Positions 9,684 to 17,508 of a stretch of DNA of 36,375 nucleotides are shown here, piece after piece. The notes beneath the pieces were generated by a model. The model ran no database searches. It saw nothing but the letters and a program-made list of their open reading frames with translations, and was not told the DNA's origin. This DNA comes from Fidelibacterota bacterium UBA2980 (lineage in GTDB: Bacteria; Fidelibacterota; Marinisomatia; Marinisomatales; Marinisomataceae): the NCBI GenBank assembly GCA_002348725.1, contig DEAO01000010.1, positions 12,061 to 48,435 on the forward strand, read 5' to 3'. Position numbers and translations under genes: made by a program. Each line of letters opens with the position of its first letter. Position 1 is the stretch's first letter.

Positions 9684-10388
9684 TTGAGAAAAATTTGGGT
9701 TAGTATCAATATTCTTTTTTGGACACTAATTTTAGGTGTATCATCTGTCATTTCTATTAAAATATCTGGGGATAAAAGTAGCTTTAAATATTATAGCATA
9801 AAATGGTCAGAATTTTTAATCAAAATATCTGGCGTAAAATTAGAAATAAATGGCAAAGAAAATATTGAAGATAATAAAAACTATATTTTTTCCCCAAATC
9901 ATACCTCCTTCATAGATTTTCCAGTTCTTTTTGTTTCTGTTGGTAAATATTTAGTTTTTGTTGCAAAGAAAGAATTAAAAAGAATTCCAATTTTTAATTC
10001 TATATTAGATGTTTCAGGATGTATTTTTGTAGATAGAAAAAATACTGATAAAGCAGTCGAATCTTTAGATAAATTAAAAGCAGACATAGAAAATACTCCA
10101 CGATCTATTGTAATTTTTCCCGAAGGGACTCGTTCAAAATCTCTTGAATTAGGTAATTTTAAAAAGGGTGCAGCTGTATTAGCTATTAATACTGGGCTAC
10201 CAATTATTCCAGTATATATTAACGGATCTTTTAATTGGTGGAATGCAAATTTTAGAGATAATTCTAATAAAATTGTCGTTAATTTTGGGGAACCTATTTT
10301 AACTAAAGACATAAAGTATAGTGAGCGCAATAATCTTACTGATTTAATTAAAAAACGAATAATTGGATTAAGAAAAAATGGAAAATGA
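9684..10388 (+). CDS. plsC: 1-acyl-sn-glycerol-3-phosphate acyltransferase
   Basis: TTG start immediately after the serS TAG. Motifs are the acyltransferase H-x4-D (NHTSFIDF), FPEGTRS, and an N-terminal TM. Confidence 0.85.
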   Translation: MRKIWVSINILFWTLILGVSSVISIKISGDKSSFKYYSIKWSEFLIKISGVKLEINGKENIEDNKNYIFSPNHTSFIDFPVLFVSVGKYLVFVAKKELKRIPIFNSILDVSGCIFVDRKNTDKAVESLDKLKADIENTPRSIVIFPEGTRSKSLELGNFKKGAAVLAINTGLPIIPVYINGSFNWWNANFRDNSNKIVVNFGEPILTKDIKYSERNNLTDLIKKRIIGLRKNGK

Positions 10389-10836
10389 TTACCAGATAGA
10401 AAATGTTATAAATGAAATAAAAAATTCTAAAAAAATAGTATTTACTAATGGTGTATTTGATTTGCTTCATGTTGGCCATATCAGATATTTAAATCAAGCA
10501 AAAAGTCTCGGGCATATACTTGTTGTAGGATTAAATTCTGATAATTCTGTTAAAAAGATTAAAGGTCCTTCTAGGCCAATCAATAGCTTAGAGGATAGAG
10601 CACTAGTCTTGCTAGCCTTAAAATCTGTGGACTATGTAGTCAGTTTTGATGATAGAACTCCATTAAATTTAATTAAAGAAGTGATGCCTGATATTTTAGT
10701 TAAAGGGGGAGACTATAGAATCGAGGAGATTGTTGGACATAAAGAGGTTATTGAAAATGGCGGTTTAGTGAAATCTCTTCCTTTTCATAAAGGTTATAGT
10801 TCTACCCAATTTATTAATCAAATAAAAAAACAGTGA
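10378..10836 (+). CDS. hldC: D-glycero-beta-D-manno-heptose 1-phosphate adenylyltransferase (stand-alone RfaE domain II)
   Basis: Cytidylyltransferase fold motif FTNGVFDLLHVGHIRYL. The segments LVVGLNSD.SVKKIKG.SRPIN and DILVKGGDY closely resemble E. coli RfaE domain II as I recall it. Confidence 0.8.
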   Translation: MENDYQIENVINEIKNSKKIVFTNGVFDLLHVGHIRYLNQAKSLGHILVVGLNSDNSVKKIKGPSRPINSLEDRALVLLALKSVDYVVSFDDRTPLNLIKEVMPDILVKGGDYRIEEIVGHKEVIENGGLVKSLPFHKGYSSTQFINQIKKQ

Positions 10837-10837
10837 C

Positions 10838-10864
10838 TTGATTGTCATTTAGTTTCAATATAAT
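10838..10864 (+). promoter_or_regulatory. Candidate sigma70-like promoter for the transglycosylase gene (TTGATT-N15-TATAAT)
   Basis: TTGATT lies at 10838..10843 and TATAAT at 10859..10864, 13 nt before the ATG at 10877. The 15-nt spacer is short and the region is AT-rich, so a chance match is plausible. Confidence 0.2.
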
Positions 10865-10876
10865 TTGGCACGTTTT

Positions 10877-12640
10877 ATGAAAAAGATTAAACTATATTTA
10901 TTAACAATGATTTTCGTAAGCAATATGTTTGCTCAGGATGTAATCAATGGCAATGGTAGAAAACCATTTATGAATACAAGCGATATTGCTTTTTCTGCTA
11001 CCATTAATAATATTTCACCAATTTTAGATGAAGCAAAACAATTTCTTGCAGATGCAGTCATTGCAGATATCAATCAAGATACAATCGAAGTCGTATATAA
11101 CATAAAAAGAATTTTTGATCTTTTATCTGATGTAGAACAAATTGGAGTTCGTAATGAACTTGATAAAATTGAATTTGAGAAATTTCAAAATGATTTTATC
11201 AAAATGTATTCTACAAAGTTGAATACTTTAGAAAATTCGAGTCAAATATTAAATGCTGAACTTATTCGACAGCAAGTTATAGAGCTAACAGATGAAAATG
11301 AATCAGTCGAAATGGGCACTACAAAATTTACTGTCCTTGATGATCGAGAAGGACACATTCCATTAGTTACTAATTCTCAAGTAGAGAGTTACATTCGTTA
11401 TTTTAAAGGCAAAGGAAGAAAAGGCTTCAATATTTGGCTTAGGAGATATGTACAATATAGAGATATAATATTACCCATATTAGACGCAAACGATTTACCT
11501 GAAGAATTAATTGTTGTATCTATGATTGAATCTGGATTTGATCCAAAGGCAGTATCTAGGGCTAAAGCGGTTGGTTTATGGCAATTTATGTATTTGACAG
11601 GAAAACAATATGGGCTAGAAAGAAATTGGTATGTAGATGAACGTCAAGATATCATTAAATCTACAGAAGCAGCAGCCAAATACTTTAAAGATTTATATAG
11701 AGAGTTTGAAGATTGGTATTTAGTATTAGCTGCATATAATACTGGTCCGGGTAGAGTAAATCGTGCAGTAAATCTCCACGAAACCGCTGATTATTGGCAG
11801 CTTTATTCGCTACCTAAAGATACAAAAAATTATATTCCTTATTTCTTATCTTCTGCAATTATTTTAAAAAATCCAGAGGAATATGGATTTAAAATTCCAA
11901 AAGCAAAATCATTTAAATATGATGAAGTTGTAATCAAAAAAAGTGCTGATTTATCCGTGATTGCAAAGTCTGCAGAAACAAAAACAAGCACTATAAAATA
12001 TCTAAATCCAGAATTAAGACAATCTGCAACACCTGCAAATCAAGATTATATGTTGAGAATTCCTTATGGAAAAAAAGAGGCGTTTTATAAAACATTTAAT
12101 GCATTACCAGAGACAGAAAGATTTGCTACTCAAAAAGTAGAACATCGTGTTAAGAAAGGTGAAAATTTATCAACTATTGCTTCGAAATATCGTGTTTTAA
12201 TTTCAGATTTAATGACAATTAATAATCTAAGAAATGATAGACTGCAAATCGGACAAAGATTAAAGATTCCAGTAAAAGGCGGTATTTATTCTAATTATCC
12301 TGAAAAAATTACTTATACCGTTAAAAAAGGAGATACACTGGGTGCAATTGCTGAAAGATATAATACAAGAGCAAGCGAAATTAGAAAATGGAATAAAATG
12401 AATCCAAATAATTCATTGATAAGTATTGGACAGAAATTGGTATTATTTGTTGGCAAGAATGGTAATAAATCTGATAATTCTCCACAAAGAATTATTTATA
12501 CTGTTAAGTCTGGAGATCAGCTAGGATATATTGCTGAAAAATACAATACAAGCGCAAAAAAGATTAGAGAGTGGAATAAAATGAAACCAGGAAGTTATGC
12601 TATTTATCCTGGACAAAAATTAGTATTATTTACAGAATAA
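10877..12640 (+). CDS. mltD: Membrane-bound lytic murein transglycosylase D-like protein (SLT domain plus three C-terminal LysM repeats)
   Basis: Signal peptide MKKIKLYLLTMIFVSNMFAQD. SLT catalytic region MIESGFDPKAVSRAKAVGLWQFM...AAYNTGPGRV. Three LysM modules lie at about 12143..12637. Confidence 0.8.
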   Translation: MKKIKLYLLTMIFVSNMFAQDVINGNGRKPFMNTSDIAFSATINNISPILDEAKQFLADAVIADINQDTIEVVYNIKRIFDLLSDVEQIGVRNELDKIEFEKFQNDFIKMYSTKLNTLENSSQILNAELIRQQVIELTDENESVEMGTTKFTVLDDREGHIPLVTNSQVESYIRYFKGKGRKGFNIWLRRYVQYRDIILPILDANDLPEELIVVSMIESGFDPKAVSRAKAVGLWQFMYLTGKQYGLERNWYVDERQDIIKSTEAAAKYFKDLYREFEDWYLVLAAYNTGPGRVNRAVNLHETADYWQLYSLPKDTKNYIPYFLSSAIILKNPEEYGFKIPKAKSFKYDEVVIKKSADLSVIAKSAETKTSTIKYLNPELRQSATPANQDYMLRIPYGKKEAFYKTFNALPETERFATQKVEHRVKKGENLSTIASKYRVLISDLMTINNLRNDRLQIGQRLKIPVKGGIYSNYPEKITYTVKKGDTLGAIAERYNTRASEIRKWNKMNPNNSLISIGQKLVLFVGKNGNKSDNSPQRIIYTVKSGDQLGYIAEKYNTSAKKIREWNKMKPGSYAIYPGQKLVLFTE

Positions 12641-12661
12641 AGTTGTAAAGGAAGTAGGTAT

Positions 12662-12952
12662 ATGATTAAACAAAATATAGTTGACAATGTTTCAGCAAAT
12701 ACTGGTTTGACTAAAGTAGAAGTAGAAGCTGTATTGAATGAATCATTTAGCCAGATTATTAATGCATTGAGTAAGAATGAAAGAATTGAATTAAGAGGTT
12801 TTGGTACTTTTGCAGTAAAACATAGAATGCCAAAAAAAGCACGAAATCCTGCTACAGGAGATCCTGTTTATTTAGCAGAACGTTATGTTCCAACCTTTAA
12901 ACCTTCTCAATTAATGAAAAAATCTGTTAACGACAGCTTAATTGAATACTAA
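12662..12952 (+). CDS. HU/IHF-family DNA-binding protein
   Basis: 96 aa. Motifs: ELRGFGTFAVKHRMPKKARNPATGDPVYLAERYVPTFKPS (beta-arm with RNP.TG). An SD-like AAGGAAG lies upstream. Confidence 0.85.
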   Translation: MIKQNIVDNVSANTGLTKVEVEAVLNESFSQIINALSKNERIELRGFGTFAVKHRMPKKARNPATGDPVYLAERYVPTFKPSQLMKKSVNDSLIEY

Positions 12953-12967
12953 ATAGGGAGAACTTTA

Positions 12968-13063
12968 ATGCCTTGCGGTAAGAAAAGAAAAAAAAGAAAG
13001 ATGAATACACATAAACGTAAAAAACGTTTACGTGCAGACAGACATAAGAAAAAAAATAGATAG
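12968..13063 (+). CDS. 31-aa polybasic peptide resembling bS22 / AURKAIP1-COX24-domain small ribosomal protein
   Basis: Not in the ORF track because it is too short. My translation is MPCGKKRKKRKMNTHKRKKRLRADRHKKKNR. A strong SD, AGGGAGA (12955..12961), lies 6 nt upstream of the ATG. The peptide closely resembles the roughly 30-aa MPSGKKRK..H.THKRKKR.R..RHKKK peptides of Bacteroidota as I recall them. Confidence 0.65.
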   Translation: MPCGKKRKKRKMNTHKRKKRLRADRHKKKNR

Positions 13064-13068
13064 ATAAT

Positions 13069-13941
13069 ATGAAACCGAAAAGTTTTGCTATTTGGGCTAA
13101 CGTTGGTAAAAAAGAAGTACCAACATTAGTTTCTAGCGTTGCAGAGTGGGCAACCAATAATAATTTAGAGTTATTCGTACCTAAAGCTTTAGAAAATCTA
13201 GATTTTACCGCAAATAACTGTATCTTTTACAATTCAGAAGAGCTCCCGAATGTAGATTTTGTTTTATGTTTAGGGGGAGATGGAACTTTGCTATCTGCTG
13301 TACGTCTTTTTAGTAATCCAATGGTTCCAGTGTTAGGTGTTCATATTGGGGGTTTAGGATTTCTTGCTCAAATTGTTCCAGAAGAATTAATGGAAAAGTT
13401 AGATTTAATTAAGAATGGTGATTTTACTATTGAAGATCGTTTAGTTCTCAATGCAGAAATTTCTCAAGAAGGAGAAAATAATACTTATTTTGCTATCAAT
13501 GATTTTGTTGTTCAAAATAAAATAGCTTATCGAGTTACTTCGCTTGATTTATATATAAATAAAAAACATGTCAGTAATTATAAATCAGATGGTATCATTA
13601 TAAGTACACCGACCGGTTCCACTGCATATTCTCTATCTTCAGGTGGGCCAATTGTACAACCAGATGTGTTTTCTATCTTAATTACCCCAATTTCTCCACA
13701 CTCATTAACATCAAGACCATTAGTATTGCCTTCTGATGTGGATATTGAATTTCGATTCAATGGTGATTCAGAAGAAGAGCTAAAATTAATTTGTGATGGA
13801 CAACATATTGAACATTTTACACGCGATTCAGTTGTAAAAATCAATCAAGCAAGTAATCATTTAAAATTTATCACATTTAATGATTATGATTACTACCAAA
13901 CCTTAAAGACTAAAATGGTTTGGGGTAAAAGAGGATCATAA
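13069..13941 (+). CDS. nadK: NAD+ kinase
   Basis: Motifs: GGDGTLL, NDFVV, and ISTPTGSTAYSLSSGGPIV. Confidence 0.9.
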   Translation: MKPKSFAIWANVGKKEVPTLVSSVAEWATNNNLELFVPKALENLDFTANNCIFYNSEELPNVDFVLCLGGDGTLLSAVRLFSNPMVPVLGVHIGGLGFLAQIVPEELMEKLDLIKNGDFTIEDRLVLNAEISQEGENNTYFAINDFVVQNKIAYRVTSLDLYINKKHVSNYKSDGIIISTPTGSTAYSLSSGGPIVQPDVFSILITPISPHSLTSRPLVLPSDVDIEFRFNGDSEEELKLICDGQHIEHFTRDSVVKINQASNHLKFITFNDYDYYQTLKTKMVWGKRGS

Positions 13942-13942
13942 T

Positions 13943-14842
13943 TTATTTTTTAAACATATTTGAAATAATATATCCAGCCATTTTTGGATTTTCTTTAAGT
14001 CGTCTCACTGAATAGTCATACCAATTATCTCCATAAGGAACATAGATGCGAACTCTGTTACCTTCTTTTAGAAGTTTTTCTAACATTTTTTTCATTGGGA
14101 CTCCATGGAGTACTTGGAATTCATACTGTGTCTTTGGAATACTATAATCCTTAATCCATTTATACAAATTATTGATTATATATTCATCATGGCTTGCAAT
14201 ACCTATATAGGCTCCTCTTTGTAAGCCCATTTTTACTAGTTCAATATAGTTTTCTCTTATTTCTTGATAGTCATCATAAACAATATCTTTATTTTCTACA
14301 TAAATACCTTTACAAACTCTGCAATTAAAATTTTCGCTTGATAAGGTGTCCATATCATTTATTGAACGATGCATATATGCTTGAAGTACAATCCCTACAT
14401 TTTTATACACTTCTAATGCTTCTTTATACAGTTTGATTGTTTCAGATGTATATGGTGAATTTTCCATATCAAGTCTTAAGAAATTTTTATGTTGTTTCGC
14501 TTTTTTAGTCAATATCATAAGATTCTTTTTCACAATATCATATCCAAGATCTTGGCCTATATGGGTTAACTTAATTGATAAATTTGCACTTAATGATCTA
14601 GAAGATATTTCGTCATACAATTTCGAATATCGCTCTGTAATTTCAGTAGCTTCTTTTCCTGTAGTAACATGTTCTCCTAAAATATCAATAGCAACATCAT
14701 ACCCTTTTTTATTTAAATTAGCTACTGTAGCCAACATTTCATCATCAGTGATGCCTGCAATATATGGAGATGCAAAAATTTTTATAAAACTTTTTGGGAA
14801 AAAAGGAATGATTTGAATTAGTAAATTATTTATTAACTTCAT
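13943..14842 (-). CDS. Monofunctional proline dehydrogenase (PutA PRODH-domain family)
   Basis: About 300 aa. The C-terminal motif RIYVPYGDNWYDYSVRRLKENP and LDMENS / VLQAY segments are typical of stand-alone PRODH. The ATG at 14842 is preferred; the track uses a TTG at 14851. Confidence 0.8.
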   Translation of the reverse strand: MKLINNLLIQIIPFFPKSFIKIFASPYIAGITDDEMLATVANLNKKGYDVAIDILGEHVTTGKEATEITERYSKLYDEISSRSLSANLSIKLTHIGQDLGYDIVKKNLMILTKKAKQHKNFLRLDMENSPYTSETIKLYKEALEVYKNVGIVLQAYMHRSINDMDTLSSENFNCRVCKGIYVENKDIVYDDYQEIRENYIELVKMGLQRGAYIGIASHDEYIINNLYKWIKDYSIPKTQYEFQVLHGVPMKKMLEKLLKEGNRVRIYVPYGDNWYDYSVRRLKENPKMAGYIISNMFKK

Positions 14843-14872
14843 ACCGAACAAATTTAATAAATAAAAAAAACA

Positions 14873-16081
14873 ATGAAAGTAGTATTAATTATAGGGGGAG
14901 CAGTATCAGGGTCTACTGCAGCCAAAAAATTAACCGAAAACGGTATTCGTTGTATTGTAGTTGATCAAAATCGTCTTCCTTACGGAAAAATTGAAGATGG
15001 ACTTCCAAGATGGCATGACAAACAACGTAATAATGAATATTCCAAGATTGATGAGATTATGGGTCATGATCTTGTAGATTTTGTTCCTTCTACAAAAATA
15101 GGAAGAGATATTTCTTTTGCAGATATATATAGCATGAACTGGAGTTGTATTTATTTTGCAAACGGTGCTTGGAACGATAGAAATTTCCCAATCAATGGTA
15201 TTGAAAATTTTTCTAATTTTTATTATCAAAATCCTTTTGTTTATTGGTTTAATCACTATCATGAAAAAAGCTATAATGGTCCAGAAGTAAACATACAAGA
15301 CAATGTTCTTGTGGTGGGTGGAGGACTTGCTTCAATTGATGTTTGTAAAATTACTCAAATGGAATTGGTCAAACAAAAGATACAATCGCAATTAAATGAT
15401 GTTGATGTTGTAAAAATGGAACATCAGGGCATTCCTAAATATTTAGAAGAAAATAATATTAAATATGAAGATCTTGATATTGAAGGAACAACGCTTATAT
15501 ACAGAAGAGATATTGAAAATATGCCATTAACAACAATAGCACCTGATGCTAAGCCTGAGTTGGCTGAAAAACGCAAACAAGCACGAAGAAAAATATTAAA
15601 TAATACTCAAGAAAAATTTTTATTTAATGTTTTAGAATGTACTCAGCCAGTTGGTTTAGATATTGTAGATGACAATCTAGAGGGATTAGAAGTTGTAAAG
15701 AATGAGATTATAGACAATAAGCCTACACAGATTGAAAATTCAAACCAAATCTTAAAAGCTAATACTATTATTAGCTCCATTGGAAGTTTGCCAGAACCGA
15801 TTGATGGTATTCCTATGAACGGTTCTACTTATGACATTATAGATGAAGATTCTGGTAAATTTAATAGTCTTGATAAAGTACATGGAATGGGAAATGCAAT
15901 TACTGGTAAGGGAAATATTAAAGCTTCTCGTATTAGTGCTAAAACTGTTGGAGATTTGACAATTGACTTAATTCAAGATATTGATTCTGATTCAGTAGAC
16001 TCCATCAATAATAAAGTTAAAGAATGGCAAAAACGTTCATCTTATAATGGAAATTATTTTGAATGGAAGTCTAAGAAATAA
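14873..16081 (+). CDS. FAD/NAD(P)-binding oxidoreductase, FprA / GltD (adrenodoxin-reductase-like) two-dinucleotide-fold type
   Basis: The N-terminal dinucleotide fold is VVLIIGGAVSGSTAA...VVD. P.G...DG.P..H follows, as in FprA-type reductases. A second fold is VLVVGGGLASIDV. The specific substrate is unknown. Confidence 0.5.
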   Translation: MKVVLIIGGAVSGSTAAKKLTENGIRCIVVDQNRLPYGKIEDGLPRWHDKQRNNEYSKIDEIMGHDLVDFVPSTKIGRDISFADIYSMNWSCIYFANGAWNDRNFPINGIENFSNFYYQNPFVYWFNHYHEKSYNGPEVNIQDNVLVVGGGLASIDVCKITQMELVKQKIQSQLNDVDVVKMEHQGIPKYLEENNIKYEDLDIEGTTLIYRRDIENMPLTTIAPDAKPELAEKRKQARRKILNNTQEKFLFNVLECTQPVGLDIVDDNLEGLEVVKNEIIDNKPTQIENSNQILKANTIISSIGSLPEPIDGIPMNGSTYDIIDEDSGKFNSLDKVHGMGNAITGKGNIKASRISAKTVGDLTIDLIQDIDSDSVDSINNKVKEWQKRSSYNGNYFEWKSKK

Positions 16082-16170
16082 TTTTTGTTAATTATATAGA
16101 ACTCAATCATCTTTTTTATTATTTTCTCATCGTCAATTGATTTTTATAATAAACGAGGGTAAGTAAAGTA

Positions 16171-17508
16171 ATGTTTCGGCTTAAAATCAAAAAGGGACAT
16201 GATATAAATATAGCTGGAAGATCAGCTAAAGAATTTTTACCTACCCAAAATTGCAATTCTGCTTCCTTGTCTCCTCAAAGTTTTCGTTATATCAAACCAA
16301 AACTCTTAGTAAAAGAAGGCGATATAGTCAATTTGGGAGATCCTATTTTTTATGATAAGCTAAATCCAGAAATAAAATGGCCCGCCATTGCTTCTGGAAA
16401 GATATCTAAAATTATTTATGGTGAAAGAAGATCAATTCAAGAGATTATTTTTGATATTGATAAACAACAAGAACAATCCTTGCAAGAAGTTTCAACAACA
16501 AATTTGTCATCAAAAGAAGATATAACTAATTATATGCTTGAAAATAATATTTGGCCATTTATTAAACAAAGACCGTTCAATAAAGTTGCAAACCCATCTG
16601 ACATGCCTAAATCATTAATTGTTAGTCTTGCAAATACAGCACCGTTAGCAATTAATCATAATTTCACTTTATCGGAACAAAAAGAATACATTATTAGTGC
16701 TCTTAAGCATTTGAAAGAATTAACTAATGGTAAATTATTTGTAGTTATTAGACCAGGTGAATTTGAATATTTGTCCGAACTTGAATATCTTAACCTTATT
16801 GAAGTTGAAGGACCTCATCCTGCTGGAAATGTTGGAGTTGTAATCAATCATCTTGAACCAATTAATAATAAAGATGTTATTTGGACAGTAGAAGGTCATC
16901 ATTTGCCAATTCTTGGTAAGATGTTTAGTAAAGGAATTTTTGATCCGTCTGTTGTGATTAATATAGCAGGACCTGTTGTAAAAAAACCAGGTTATATAAG
17001 AACAAGATTAGGATCTCCTGTAGGTATTCATTGCAAAGATAATCTTATTGAAAAAGAAGTTCGTATTATATCTGGTAATATTCTTACAGGGAATAAGATT
17101 GATATGGAAGGCTATTTAGGTTTCTATGATTCATCTATATCAATTATTGAAGAGTCATTTGATAGATCATTTATTGGTTGGCTACATCCTGGAGGATCAT
17201 CAAAATATAGCGTGTTTAATTCTTATATTGGTAGCAATAAAGAACCATATAATTTTACTACTTTACAAAATGGAAGCAATAGAGCTTTTGTTCCTGTTGA
17301 TGCGTGGGAAAAAGTTTTTCCAATGGATATTTATATTAACTCTCTTGCTAGGAGCATTGAAGCAAATGATATTGATGAAATGGAACAATTAGGCATTTAT
17401 GAATGCGATGAAGAAGATGTAGCGCTTTGTTCATTTGTTTGCCCAAGCAAAACAGATGTCGGATCTATTATTAGAAGAGGTTTGGATTTAATATACTTTG
17501 ATGCATAG
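16171..17508 (+). CDS. nqrA: Na+-translocating NADH:quinone oxidoreductase subunit A
   Basis: 445 aa and first gene of the six-gene cluster. The C-terminal YECDEEDVALCSFVCPSKTD motif is typical of NqrA. Confidence 0.9.
   Translation: MFRLKIKKGHDINIAGRSAKEFLPTQNCNSASLSPQSFRYIKPKLLVKEGDIVNLGDPIFYDKLNPEIKWPAIASGKISKIIYGERRSIQEIIFDIDKQQEQSLQEVSTTNLSSKEDITNYMLENNIWPFIKQRPFNKVANPSDMPKSLIVSLANTAPLAINHNFTLSEQKEYIISALKHLKELTNGKLFVVIRPGEFEYLSELEYLNLIEVEGPHPAGNVGVVINHLEPINNKDVIWTVEGHHLPILGKMFSKGIFDPSVVINIAGPVVKKPGYIRTRLGSPVGIHCKDNLIEKEVRIISGNILTGNKIDMEGYLGFYDSSISIIEESFDRSFIGWLHPGGSSKYSVFNSYIGSNKEPYNFTTLQNGSNRAFVPVDAWEKVFPMDIYINSLARSIEANDIDEMEQLGIYECDEEDVALCSFVCPSKTDVGSIIRRGLDLIYFDA

Noticed and set aside
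9899-10330. 143-aa antisense ORF inside plsC, and similar antisense ORFs at 14433..14816, 14930..15298, 24507..24908, 13578..13844 and 5541..5858
   Set aside because: All lie wholly within, and antisense to, genes with strong motif support. None has a recognisable domain or ribosome-binding site. Their composition mirrors the sense-strand codon usage. I treat them as shadow ORFs.
12927-13157. 76-aa reverse-strand ORF across the HU-nadK junction
   Set aside because: It is antisense to the polybasic peptide gene and to the nadK start. Its poly-Phe run (SSFFFFFS) is just the complement of the Lys-codon A-runs, and there is no SD.
16082-16170. Possible riboswitch, leader peptide or small RNA in the longest intergenic gap, upstream of nqrA
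   Set aside because: The gap is only 89 nt and AT-rich, with no evident stable stem-loop and no ORF longer than a few codons on the + strand. The 18-codon reverse ORF runs antisense into the upstream gene. It most likely holds just the nqr promoter (a lone TATAAT at 16145..16150) and the SD (GAGGG). I could not support anything more.
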